This document shows, in pieces, positions 14,391 through 26,458 of a stretch of 64,000 bases of DNA; the stretch's first letter is position 1, and each line of letters begins with the position of its first letter. This DNA comes from Squalus acanthias (taxonomy: Eukaryota). The stretch covers positions 147,934,001-147,998,000 of the forward strand of contig CM059431.1 of the NCBI GenBank assembly GCA_030390025.1, given 5' to 3'. The position numbers and the translations under genes are program-made. The notes below the pieces were generated by a model. That model made no database searches. It was not told the origin of the DNA and saw only the letters and a list, made by a program, of their open reading frames with translations.

Positions 14391-15915
14391 TAGGATCGGA
14401 TCCCAGTGGATTACATTCATGAGGTTGGATCCCAACGGATTAAAGGAATGCGATCCGATCCCAGTGAGCTAAAGGAATAGGATCTGATCCAAGAGAATTT
14501 AAAGGAATAGGATGAGGTCCGAGTGAATTAAAGGAATTGGATAATATCCCAGTGAATTAAAGGAATTGAATCGGATCCCAGTGAATTAAAGTAATTGATC
14601 GGATTCCAGTGAATGAGAGGAATGGGATCGGATTACAGTTAATTGAAGGATAGGGATCGGATCCCAGTGAATTAAAGGAATTGAATCGGATCCCAGTGAT
14701 TTAAAGGAATGTGGTCGGATCCCAGTGAATTCAAGAATTGAATCGAATAACAGCGAATTAAAAGAATGGGGTCAGAACCCAGAGGATTAAAGGACTGGAG
14801 TCGGACCAAAGGGATGAAAGGAATGGCTTCGGATTCCAATGAATTAAAGGAATGGGATCGGATCCTGTAGAATTACAGGAATATGGTCGGATCCCAGCGA
14901 ATTAAAGGAATTGGGATCGATCTCAGTGAATTAAAGGAATGGTCTCAGATCCCAGTGAATTAAAGGAATTGAATCAGATCCCAGTGAATTGAAGGAATGC
15001 GAATCGATCCCAGTGAATTAAATGAATGGAATCAGATTCCAGTGAATTAAAGGAATGGAATCAGATCCCAGTGATTTGAAGGAAAGGAATCAGATCCCAG
15101 TGAAATGAAGAAATGGAATCAGATTCCAGTGAATTGAAGGAATGGAATCAGATCCCAGCGAATTGAAGGAATGGAATCAGATACCAGTGAATTGAAGGAA
15201 TGGAATCAGATCCCAGTGAATTGAAGGAATGGAATCAGATCCCAGTGAATTGAAGGAATGGAATCAGATCCCAGTGAATTGAAGGAATGCGAATCGATCC
15301 CAGTGGATTAAGGAATGGAATCAGATCCCAGTGAATTGAAGGAATGGAATCAGATCCCAGAGAATTGAAGGAATGGAATCAGATCCCAGTGAATTGAAGG
15401 AATGGAATCAGATCCCAGTGAATTAAAGGAATGGAATCAGATCCCAGTGACTTAAAGTTGTGATGGGATCCCGGAGAATTAAAGGAATGGGATCAGTTCC
15501 AAGTGGATTAAAGGAATGGGATCGTATCCCAGAGAATTAAACGATTGTGATCGGATCCTAGAGAATTAAAGGAATGGGATCGGAAGCCAAGGATTAAAGG
15601 AATGGAATCGGATCCCAATGGATTAAATTCATGGGGTTGGATCATAATGGATTGAAGGAATGGGATCGGATCGCAGTGAATTTAAAGGAATGGGATGAGG
15701 TCCCAGTGAATTAAAGGAATTGGATCGAATCACAGTGAATCAATGGAATGGGGTCGGATCACAGTGAATTAATGGAAAGGGGTCGGATCCCAGTGAATTA
15801 AAGGAATTGGATCGAATCATAGCGAATTAACGATAGGTGATCATCATTCAGTGAATTAAAGGAATGGTGGGATCCCTGAGAATTTTGGAAATTGGGTCAG
15901 ATCCCAGTGAATTAG
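14391..15915 (+). repeat. 29-bp minisatellite (ggaatggaatcagatcccagtgaattgaa)n
   Basis: Visible tandem units, most homogeneous at about 15100-15450. Confidence 0.95.
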
Positions 15916-16842
15916 AAGATAAGATCATAAGAAATAAGAGCAGGAGTAGGCCTTACGGCCCCTCGAGCCTGCTCCGCCAGTCAACAAGATCATGTCTGAT
16001 CATCGACCTCAACTCGACATTCCCGCCTGATCGCCATATCCCTTGATTCCCCTAGAGTCCAAAACTGTATTTACCTCAACCTTGAATAAACTGAAAGACT
16101 CAGCATTCACAGCCTTCTGGGGCAAAGAATTCCAAAGATTCAAAACCCTCTGAATTAAGAAATTCCTCCTCATCTCAGTCTTAAATGGCCTACCATTTAT
16201 ACTGAGACTATGCCCCCTAGGTGTAGACACTCCAGCCAGGGGAAACAACCTCTCAACATCTACCCTGTCAATACACTTCAGAATCTTGTACCTTTCAATG
16301 AGATCACCTCTCATTCTTCTAAACTCCAGAAAGTATGGGCCCATTCTACACAATCTCTCATCTAAGGACAGCCCTCTCATCCCAGGAATCAATCTAGTGA
16401 ACTTTCATTGCACCGCCTGCAAGGCAAGTATATCCTTGCTTAGATAAGGAGTCCAAAACTGTGCACAGTTCTCCAGGTGTGGTCTCACCAAGTCCCAGTA
16501 CAATTGTAGCAAGACTTCCTTACTCTTATACTCCAACCCATTTGCAATAAAGGCCAACAAGCCATTTGCCTTCCTGATTGCTTGCTGTACCTTCATGCTA
16601 GCTTTCTGGGTTTCTTGCACGAGGACATCCAAATCTCTCTGAACACCAACTGTTGAAAGTTTCTCACCATTTAAAATATATTCTGTTTTTCTATTCTTCC
16701 TACCAAAGTGAATAACCTCAAATTTCCCTACATTATACTCCATCTGCCGCCTTACTGCCCACTCACTTTCTCTATCTATATCCCTTTGCAGACGATTTGT
16801 GTTCTCCTCACAAATTACTGACTCACCTAGATTTGTATCATC
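15916..16842 (-). mobile_element. 5'-truncated CR1 LINE (RT C-terminus, 3'UTR, short-repeat tail)
   Basis: DDTNLG...RLQRDIDR...LVRPHLENCAQFW and RRMRGDLIE...TRGH-like motifs; cataagaaataaga tail near 15926. Confidence 0.9.
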
Positions 16843-18447
16843 AGTATCGGGCAGAATGGGATAATACAATACCATTCCTGACAGGGTAACGTTGTTCTGT
16901 TCCTGTAAAAGGCAATCAAGTTTCACCGGGTACACCTGTACCAATCCCCTGACTTTACACATAGTCATTGTAAAATGCGAAGTGGACATTGCTCTTAGAT
17001 GCCGATCAGTCACCCACGAGGGTAGCTTCCCTTCAACAAGGCTTTGCAGGTTTACACGGGCTTGTTCCACTAACCAAGATCCATACATTACATCATTTCG
17101 CGCAGCCTCACTAGAGGCCTTGCGATCCTCCTTTAAAATTTGATTTATATTTTTAGCATGGGATTCTAAATAGTTAACCACGTCCTGTAGAAGAATGGTT
17201 GTAATTTGGTCCTCCTTTAATTCCTCCTGTTACAGACCATTCATTTTATTCAAAGTTTCCCTTAAACGATTTCTAACTGCCTTTACGGATTGATCCAAAT
17301 GAGCCAAATCAAGCCTATTAACGAGGGAGGTTCCGGTATTAAAAGCAATGGCTGCATCATTTATCAGAACCTGTGGTGTTCTGACATGGTCCCCTGTAAC
17401 CCCGTAACCAACTCAATTGTCTTCAATGATCTCGGTACTCTTTTCCTCAAAGTTATTGTTAGATCCATTAACTTCCCCTGAGTCCTTGCGATATAACGGC
17501 TCTAATTCCGATTCCGCCAGGGTTGTGTTGGCCCTTTCCCAAAATCCCTCTATTAATTCCCGCATCGTTCTCCCATATCACAGCGCTGTTTCTGGTTTGC
17601 ACCAGTTTGGGAGTCCCACCTCGGTCAGTTTTAACATTACAGGTATCACTTCATGATGCAGAGCATGGTACAATATCATCCGAGTTGGGATTAGCTCTAA
17701 CCTATTTGCCGGTCCCGGGGTGTGTTTGGGACAGACAACCCGGGTTTCCTTTTGTTCTTCCCGCGGTTGTGATCTATTCGTACGGGTGGGGTGGGGAGTT
17801 TAGGATGGATTTCAATGCCACCGTGTGTATTATTCCGTTTTTACATTCCTGCATATGATAATGTGAGCAACCCTTCGAACCCCTACACGGCCTTCCCTCC
17901 CTGTCCACGAAGCATCGGTCGGGACCCCTGTCATCTGTTCCATTCGCTTGGATGCTTTGATCCCCTATCCAGTGGACGGGAGCTCCACAAAGCGGCTCTG
18001 CGTCCCCGAAGGATTTATGCATCCATAGATTCCCTCATGCTCCTGCCACCTCTGTGGGCAACATAACAGAGTGTCTCCCGCTGCTCGGGATTGGGTCGAG
18101 CTTCCTACATTCCCCCGAGGGTTCCCTATCTGATAGTACCTTGAATGGTCACTTGGTTCTGCTTGTAAGAACCACACACTTGGCCCGGTGGGGCGCTCTT
18201 TGCATTTATGCACACCCTCCCTCCCTTGCGGGACCTCACAAGTGGTAACCCATACTGTCGCTGAACATGCGGTTTCACATTCACCCTTGATGTACTGGAG
18301 GGTAATGTTTCCAGTGGCGTCCCACGGTTGTGTCTCCAGGGCAAATGAAATCGACCTGTTATAGGGAAAATAGTGGTGGTCCAATAGGCCAAATAGGCAG
18401 ATGTGGAATAGCAGAATCCCGATCATTGGCCAGAACAATTCTTTCAT
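16843..18447 (-). pseudogene. Endogenous viral envelope / class I fusion (F-type) glycoprotein relic
   Basis: Manual translation gives one frame from ATG 18447 to ~16843 with 7 in-frame stops and no frameshift. It has a hydrophobic N-terminus (MKELFWPMIGILLFHICLFGLL), a Cys-rich region with NxS/T sites, RTPQ/VLINDAAIAFNTGTSLVNRLDL (degenerate cleavage site plus fusion peptide), a heptad-like helix, and LQSLVEGKLPSWV. Confidence 0.65.
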
Positions 18448-18504
18448 TTTATATAGTTCAGACTCTCAATACTGATGTATTATTGGAACACAAAAAAGGG
18501 ACTT

Positions 18505-18650
18505 CCTTCACTGTAACACTCTGATATAACCCACAACAATCACTGCAGCACTCTGATATCCCCTACACTTCTCACTGTAACACTCTGACATTTCCCACAT
18601 CCAAAATGTAACACTCTGATATACCAGACACCCAAACTGTAACACGGATA
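18505..18650 (+). repeat. Short array of ~32-bp cactgtaacactctgatataccccacaccc repeat
   Basis: Four degenerate units; same family as 35790-36470. Confidence 0.7.
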
Positions 18651-18654
18651 AAAC

Positions 18655-19885
18655 CCATTCTCTCAATATCTCCTGCCACTTTCAGGCACTTATGCTCATT
18701 AACTCTCAGGTCCCTCTGTACCTGCACACTCATTAAAAATATGCCATTATGTGAATATTGCCTCTCCCTGTTCCCTCTGCCAAAATGCATCACCTCACAC
18801 TTCACTGTATTAAACTCCATCTGCCACTTGTCTGCCCATTCTGCTAGCCTTTCTATGTCCTGTTGCAATCGTTTGGTAATATCCTCACTGTTTGCCAAGT
18901 TTGGTGTCATCAGCAAATTTAGAAATTATACTCAGTATTCCAATATCCAAGTAATTTATATATATCAAAAAAGCAGTGGCCCCAGCACTGACCCTTGGGG
19001 GACACCACTGTCTATCATCCTCCATTCTGAAAAACAGCCATTTACCACAACTCGCTGTTTTCTGTCCTTAAGCCAATTCCTTATCCAATCTGCCACTGAC
19101 CCACCTATTCCATGAGCCTCAATTTTGTTAACCAGCCTTCTATGTGGTACTTTGTCAAACGCCTTCCTAAAATCCATGTAGACAACATCCATTTTATTCC
19201 CTTCATCATTCCTCCCTGTTACTTCATCAAGAAATTCAATTGGTGTCGTCAAACACGAACTGTCTTTTACAAATCCGTGTTGGCTCTCCTTAATTAGTTT
19301 AAACCTAGCCAACTGCCCGTTACTTTTTTCCTTGATTATTGTCTCTATAACATTACCCACCACTGATGTTAAATTGACCGGCCTGTAGTTACTTGGATTG
19401 TCCTTATACCCTTTCTTGAACAATAGTGTCACATTTGCCACTTTTCAATGCTCAGGCACCTCCCCCGCATTTCGGGAAGATTGCAAAATTATGTCAAGCT
19501 CCTCCCCCCATTCCCTCAGTAACCTGGGATGCAAGCCATCTTAACCAGGCGACTTATAAACTCTAAGCATACCCAGCCATTCTGGTACATCCTATCTATC
19601 AATTTTCAGCCTTTCCATTGCTTCAAACTTTTCCACATCTACCGATATTTTGTCAGCATCCACTTCATTAGTAAACACCGATACAATGTACTCTTTGTGT
19701 ATTCTAGCCTGGCCCTTCACCTCTAAGCATATATTACCTTCTTTGTCCTTAAAAAGGCCCCACCATGCCTCTTGCTACCCGCTTACTGTTCACATGCCAG
19801 TAGAAGATTTTTGGCTTCCTTTTTATGTTAACCGCCAATCTACTCTCATATTCTCTCTTTTCCAATCTTATTTCCATCTTCACTT
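18655..19885 (-). mobile_element. CR1 LINE RT fragment
   Basis: ANVTLLFKKG...NYRPVNLTSVVG, YMDFRKAFDKVPH, SGVPQGSVLGPLLF. Confidence 0.9.
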
Positions 19886-19887
19886 AT

Positions 19888-21180
19888 TGGCACGGAAATT
19901 TCGGGTCTCCAAGGGTGTGTACGCGCTTTGTACACACCGGTAAGGCCGACGAAAGTGCCAGTTTTGTGCATGCACTGCGCATACGCAGGAAACCGGAACT
20001 TCCGTTCCCTTGAAGGAAGGGGTTCACAGTTCAAACACGTGCGCCGGAGAGGCAGCGCGCACGCATCGAACATCATCTTTTTTTACAGGTTTCTCGTGAG
20101 GGTAAGTCCCTAGCAGCTGCGCGTGGAAAAAGCAGGCGCAAGGCCTGCTTTTAACAAGGTAAGAGTTGCATTAAGTAAAATTGAAACATTTTTTCCACAG
20201 GTTTATCATTGTTAAATACTTTAAAGAAAGGTAAGTTTATTTTTAGCCCCGTTAAAAATTTTATTAAATTTTTTCAAAAATTAAATTTTTTGTTTAAAGT
20301 AGTTAATTTATTTAATTTATATTTATTTTAACAATGTGATTTTTTTTTAAATTTATTTGAAGTTTTACTTATGTTTTGGGGCCGATCTCTATTCATAGAT
20401 TTGACAGGTCTTCCTGTCAGGGCCCAAAAATTCGGCTGAATACGGGAGTGTACGAACTGTGTACTCTCGCGTGTTCGGTCCCGAAGTGCCAGTTTCCTGC
20501 ATGCACTGCGCATGCGCGGGAAACCGGCACTTCCGGTATGGCGATGGGGGCGGTTCCTAAGTGAACCGCGTGCGCGCTGCAGGCTGTGAGCACGCAGCAC
20601 ACTTAGATTTTTTTTCAGTTTTCAACGCGAAAGTAAGTATGGAATATTTTACACATGAAGAAAGGAGGCGTAAGACCCCCTTTTAACAAGGTAAGTAGTT
20701 AATGAAGTATTATTTTTAAAAAATGTCAACAGTTTTATCTTTTTTAGAGACTTTAAAGAAAGGTAAGTTTATTTTTATTACATTTAAAAAGAATTTAAAT
20801 TTTTCTAAAATTAAAATTTTTGTTTAAATTGGTTAATTTATTTAACTATAGTCATTTTATTAATGTGATTTTGTTTTTATTTATTTGAGGTTTAGCTGTT
20901 CTTTTGGGGGCAATTTGTATTTATAGTTTTGACAGTTCTCCTGTCAAATCTATGAATGAAAGATGGTGTGCTGCCATTGGCTCTCCATCGCCCACGTGAT
21001 CCCAGAGGTCGCATCGAACTAACTGCGCCTCTGGGACACGCACACACTGCGCGCCAGCACCAGGGAGAGGCCCAGGACCAGAAGTTCGTGTGTGCCCAAA
21101 ACACAACGGCCAGCGCAGAGTGTGATATCGCGCAAGATCCTTACCCCCGCGGCAAGCCTCCGAGTCAAATTTCTGGACCC
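19888..21180. mobile_element. Non-autonomous DNA-transposon-like element with internal ~530-bp tandem duplication
   Basis: Ends ggcacggaaattt and aaatttctggaccc are an imperfect inverted pair. 19889-20419 and 20420-20950 are diverged copies (shared gccagttt..tgcatgcactgcgcat, ctttaaagaaaggtaagtttattttt). Confidence 0.55.
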
Positions 21181-21424
21181 ACCAGACCTTTTGGTATCCC
21201 GTGTATTTCTATCAGAAGCTCTGAGCGTGCTCTGCACTCCACTCACAGATTGTCACATTTGTACGTGATGTCAGGCCCCAGGGAGATAATCAGATGGGTT
21301 TATTTTTATATTAATTACACTAATTGAAACAAACAGATTAGTGCAGCCGCTGCCAGAATCGTGTATAAACAGAAAATGCTGGAGATATTCAGCAGGCCAG
21401 GCAGCATCGGTGGAGAGAGAAACA

Positions 21425-21463
21425 GAGTTAACGTTTCAGATCGATAACCTTTCGTCAGAACTG
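21425..21463 (-). ncRNA. Minimal type I hammerhead ribozyme in Penelope pseudo-LTR
   Basis: Reverse strand reads cAGTT-CTGACGA-aaggttatcgatct-GAAAC-GTT-AACTc: core boxes, stem II, palindromic ACGT in place of stem III, stem I AGTT/AACT. Confidence 0.7.
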
Positions 21464-21624
21464 GAAAAAAGCAGGAAATGGCACAGGTTTTTCAGCAAGT
21501 GTAAGGCTGGGAAAGGGGGTAGGGGATGAGAGAACAAAAGGGAAGGTCTGTGATAGGATAGAAGGCAGAAGAGGTTAAGAGACATTAAGAGATATTCAAG
21601 TAAAAAGGAGATGGTAATGGGACG

Positions 21625-23109
21625 GAACTTATCTCTTCCTATCTCGACTCTATTTTTTCTCCCCTTGTCCAGTCTCTTCCCAATTACATCCACGACTGTT
21701 CCGACGCCCTCCGCCACTTTAACAGTTTCCAGTTTCCTGACCCCAACCGCCTCCTTTTCACTATGGATGTACAATCCCTCCACATCTCCATCCCCCACCA
21801 GGATGGCCTGAGTGCGCTCCGCTTCTTCCTTGAACAGAGGTCCAGTCAGTCCCCATCCACCACCACCCTCCTCCACCTGGCTGAACTTGCTCTCACATTG
21901 AACAACTTCTCATTTGACTCCACTCACTTCCTCCAAATTAAAGGTGTTGCTATGGGAACCCGCATGGGACAAGCTATGCCTGCCTTCTTGTGGGATATGT
22001 GGAATACTCTTTTTACCAGTTCTACTCGTGTCCCCTCCCGCACCTCTTTTTCCGGTACATTGATGACTGTATCGGTGCCGTGTACTGCTCTCGCCTTGAA
22101 CTAGATAATTTCATTCACTTTGCTTCCAATTTCCACTCTTCCCTCACCTTCACATGGTCCATCTCCGATTCTACCCTTTCCTTCTTCGACTTCTCCGTCT
22201 CCTTCTCTAGGGATAGGTTATTGACAAACATTCACCACAAGCCCACTGACTCCCACAGCTACCTGGACTACACTTCCTCCCACCCCGCCTCCTGTAAGGA
22301 CTCTATTCCATTCTCCCAGTTTCTCCGTCTCCGCCGCATCTGCTCCGATGATGCCACCTTCCCTAACAGTGCTTCTGACATGTCTTCCTTTTTCCTCAAC
22401 CAAGGACTCCCCTCTACATTGGTTGACACGGCCCTTGACCGTGTCCGTTCGATCTGCCGCACTTCTGCCCTCAACCCTGCCCTTCCCTCCCGGAACCACG
22501 ACAGAGTTCCACTTGTCCTCACCTTTCACCCCACCAGCCTCCAGATTCAACGGATCATCCTCCGCCATTTCCGCCACCTCCAGCGTGATCCCACCACCAA
22601 ACGCATCTTCCCCTCACCTCCACTTTCAGCATTCCGTAGGGACTGCTCCCTCCGTGATTCCCTAGTCCACTCCTCTACCACCCCCATCACCCCTCCCCCT
22701 TCGCCCAGCACCTTCCCGTGCAAGCGCAGGAGATGCAACACATGCCCTTATACCTCCCCTTTTCCCACTGTCCAGGGCCCCATAACACCCCTTCCAGGTG
22801 AAACAGCGATTTACTTGTACTTTTTGCAATTTAGTATACTGTATTCGCTGCTCACGATATGGACTCCTCTACATTGGGGAGACCAAATGCAGATTGGGTG
22901 ACCGCTTTGCGGAACACTTCCATTCAGTCCGTAAGAGGGACCCCAAGCTTCTGCTCGCTTGTCCCTTTAATTCACCGCTCCACATTCACTCAGACCTCAC
23001 CGTCCTCGGCCTCTTGCATTGGTCCACTGAAGCTCTGCGTAAGCTCGAGGAACAGCACCTCATCTTTCGATTAGGCACTCTGCAGCCGTCTGGACTCAAT
23101 ATAGTGTAA
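21625..23109 (+). pseudogene. Penelope RT + GIY-YIG endonuclease coding region (frameshifted)
   Basis: Overlapping ORFs 21763-22104, 21990-22901 and 22798-23109 join into one RT-endonuclease protein across frameshifts. Confidence 0.88.
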
Positions 23110-23432
23110 AACAATTTCAGATCATAACCTCGGCCCCTATCATATATATATATATATTTTATCCACACTCTTTGTCTGTCTTTTTTTTCTTCTCTCCCAC
23201 ATGGCAGCTGTCTTTCATTCTGCCAGCGCAATTTACACTTCATCTAGAGCCATCCTTTGTTTCTTAACCTGTCCCATTACCATCTCCTTTTGCCTTGAAT
23301 ATCTCTTAATGTCTCTTCACCTCTTCTGCCTTCTATCCTATCACAGTCCTTCCCTTTTGTTCTTTCATCCCCTACCCCCTTTACCAGCCTCTACACTGGC
23401 AAAAAAATCTGTACCATTTCCTGCTTTTTTCC

Positions 23433-23470
23433 TGTTCTGACGAAAAGTCATCGACCTGAAACGTTAACTC
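23433..23470 (+). ncRNA. Minimal type I hammerhead ribozyme in Penelope pseudo-LTR
   Basis: tGTT-CTGACGA-aaagtcatcgacct-GAAAC-GTT-AACtc. Confidence 0.7.
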
Positions 23471-23984
23471 TGTTTCTCTCTTCACAGATGCTGCCTGACC
23501 TGCTGAGTATCTCCAGCATTTTCTGCTTTTATTTCAGATTTCCAGCATCTGCAGTATTTTCTTTTTGTGCCAGAATGGTCTATATGTTTTGATGGAATGG
23601 AATGTCTTTGACTAACACTCAGCCGGCTCTGAAGTGAAATACCCAGAGATTATAGAATGATCCCTCTGAGTTTTCTTGAAAAAACATAATAAAACGCTGA
23701 ATAAGTATTTGCTAAGGAGAAAGTTAGCACTGTACACGAGGAATTCAGGGGTTTAAAAACCTAAATGCTGAATTAAGAGGTCTCAGCACTAGGTCAAACT
23801 GCCCAGAGAAACTCAGGTCCTGCAGCCGAAAAACGCGGCTAAGTTCTCACTCCTGGTCATTATCCAGCTCCAGACCGGGTCAGCACGGGTCACGTGCAGC
23901 TGTCTCCAAATTCCTCTGGGAGTGTACACCCACTGTCTGTGCAAACATTGTGGACAGCTTCATTTAAGCAAGGTTATTTTCGGT

Positions 23985-24560
23985 GTGGACAAGTCCAGTT
24001 TAGCACAGTTACATTCAGTGCAGTTACATTCAGTGTGGACAGGTCCAGTTCTGCACAGTTACATACAGTGTGGACAGGTCCAGTTCAGGACAGTTACATT
24101 CAGTGTGGACAGGTCCAGTTCAGCACAGTTACATTCAGTGTGGACAGGTCCTGTTCATTACCATTACATTCAGTGTGGAATGGTCCAGTTCAGGACAGTT
24201 ACATTCAGTGTGGACAGGTCCAGTTCAGCACAGTTACATTCTGTGTAGACAGGTCCTGTTCAGTACAGTTGCATTCAGTTTTGACAGTTCCATTTCAACT
24301 CAATTACATTAATTGTGGACAGGTCCAGTTCAACACAGTTACATTCAGTGGGGACAGGTACAGTTCAACACAGTTACATTCAGTGTGGACAGGTCCTGTT
24401 CAACACAGTTACATTCAGTTTGGACAGGTCTAGTTCAACACAGTTACATTCAGTGTGGACTTGTCCAGTTCAACACAGTTACATTCAGTGTGGACAGGTC
24501 TAGTTCTGCACAGTTACTTTCAGTATGGACAGGTCCAGTTCTGGAAGGTTACTTCGAGTG
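23985..24560 (+). repeat. 35-bp minisatellite (cagttacattcagtgtggacaggtccagttcaaca)n
   Basis: Visible tandem units, e.g. starting 24091 and 24126. Confidence 0.93.
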
Positions 24561-24849
24561 AGGACTGGTCTAATTGATCCCGGCTACTTTCAGTACAATT
24601 CAGTTCAGCGCGATTAGTGGCTGTCTTAGTGAATCCCGGTGATAGCAACGGCTGCCATAAAGCTAAAGTTGAAATTGACAAAGTTTAACCAGAAATTTGA
24701 ACTGTCTGGAATGAACTCAAATCTGACCAGGCTGCTGGGCCTGACACGAGCAACAGAGGGTGTGGCTATAAAACGTGTAGAAATGTATTATTTATCTGTT
24801 GAGATAAAGAATGGACGTGCAGTGTTGTCATAAAGGAAGTGCATCACAA

Positions 24850-26458
24850 GCAGAGTGTAAACGTGGGAATTTGGTGAGAGTGGGAGTTCGGTGCAGAGGA
24901 GGAAGGAGGGGCTGTTTTTATCTCCAATACTTGTAGAGGTTCGTGTAACCGGTGACTATTTAATTTAAATTACCTAAAACTTAAACTAGATCAAGTAATT
25001 GGTGAAAATACTATAAACTCTAAGTAAAGTTGATTAAATTCATAAACTTCAGTTAATTAAATAAATAAAACAAGGTTTGATAGGGATGGCAGTGCAGGAG
25101 GTGTGCCACAACTGTGGCATGCGGGTGCTTGTGGGAGCATCGCGATCCCGGACAACTGCATTTGCAGTAAATATCTGCATCTCGAGGAACATCAGCTCAG
25201 AGTTGCTGAGCTGGACTCCGAGATGCATACATTTCGGGGAATCAGGGTAGGGCAGAGTTACCTGGACACTTTGTGCCTCCTGTTAGCGCCTGGAGGAGCG
25301 GTAATGTGACGCTGAGGGGTTAGCGACTGGGCGCGGCGAATTCAGCAACGCCCGAGAACATCCCTGCTGGTTTAGAGCTGGCGCTAACACTTACCACCTT
25401 GCCCTGGAGCACCTCGAAGTTTGTGACAGCTTAATTGCGCAGCGCCCCGTTACCGCCCAGGATATGAAATTGCCTCTTGCCCCCTGCTGTATCGCTGGGC
25501 GTCAGCAACGGCAGGAAGAGGAGGCGTTATTACCTCAACTGGCCGCTAGGCGAGCGCTAATTAAAGGCAGTGGTATTCTTTGCACCAGTCTGGTGCCTCC
25601 TGAAAGTTTTTGATGATTTATTGCTGCGAGATGTCCCAGCCCTCCGCTCTCTGAGAGTGTTTGGGGCTGTAATGGCAGTCGCGCAGGTCGCCTGGCAGAA
25701 CAGAACTGAGCAGAAGTAAGCTGTGCATCATCATTAGCCTTACCCTTTAAGTGAGGGAAGCAGCCTCCGATGCCGGTATCTTTGCACTCCACATTGTTCA
25801 GCGCTCTGCCGCTACCGCCCCATACTCGCACTTTTGCGCCCTAAGAGAAGTAGTTAGCGCTTGATTTAGCGCTCTACTTCCCTCTTGGAGCGCTAAGGCT
25901 CAATTTCCCGGGACCAGAAAATGATGATCGCCTGGCGATTCTTTTCCGAGATTTAAAAATGTTTCATCCCAAACGGGGCGCTACGGAATTTCTAGCCCTT
26001 TGATCGAGGAGGTAGTCACACCCCTTAGGTGAGGCAGTGGTACAGGTCAGGTCATAGATAGGAGGTTGTGACTGCGACTCAGGCTGGTAAGGGGACCCCA
26101 GGTGCAGCGCTGGAGGAGGCGCGACCTTTGACCTTTCCAACAAGTGCGAGGCTCTTGTGGCAAATGTGGATGAAGGAAAATATGCAGAGTGAATGAGCAA
26201 ACTGTCCATGGCATCGTGGTACATGAGGGCGTTCAAATGGGGGGAGTGGAAAAGTATGTGATATTGGTGAGAGACAGTATAGTCAGGGGATAGATACAGT
26301 TCTCTGCAGCCGCGGTCGGGAGTTCCGAGGTTGTGTTGCCTGCCGAGTGACAGGGTTCAGGACTTCTCCACGTGGCTGGAGAAGCAATTGAAGCGGGAGA
26401 GGGAGGATCCAGTTGTCGTGTTACACGTAGGATCAAACGACATAGGTAGAACTAGGAA
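24850..26458 (+). mobile_element. CR1 5'UTR/ORF1 fragment interrupted by a MITE
   Basis: CHNC...CICSKYL zinc-finger-like segment and esterase remnant; collinear with 11850-12840 once 25272-25998 is removed. Confidence 0.75.
25272..25998. mobile_element. Non-autonomous Harbinger-type element related to the 42270/47213 transposons
   Basis: Left tgcctcctgttagcgcc and right cccaaacggggcgctacggaatttctagccc resemble the autonomous ends; many ttagcgc/gcgctaa motifs; TTT on both flanks; left TIR missing. Confidence 0.7.

Larger units (their letters stand above)
21368..23567 (+). mobile_element. Penelope-like retroelement, 5'-truncated, with inverted pseudo-LTRs
   Basis: RT motifs (MDVQSLH, GVAMGTRMG, FFRYIDD) and GIY-YIG (LVYCIRCSRYGLLYIGETK). 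21368-21623 is the reverse complement of ~23271-23527. TSD tgccagaatcgtgtata (21351-21367) / tgccagaatggtctata (23568-23584). Confidence 0.93.

Noticed and set aside
14391..15915. Human satellite III-like (GGAAT)n
   Set aside because: GGAAT occurs only within a 29-bp unit; the resemblance is superficial.
23894..24561. Repetitive ORFs and CRISPR-like periodicity
   Set aside because: Head-to-tail 35-bp units with no unique spacers, no cas genes, eukaryotic context.
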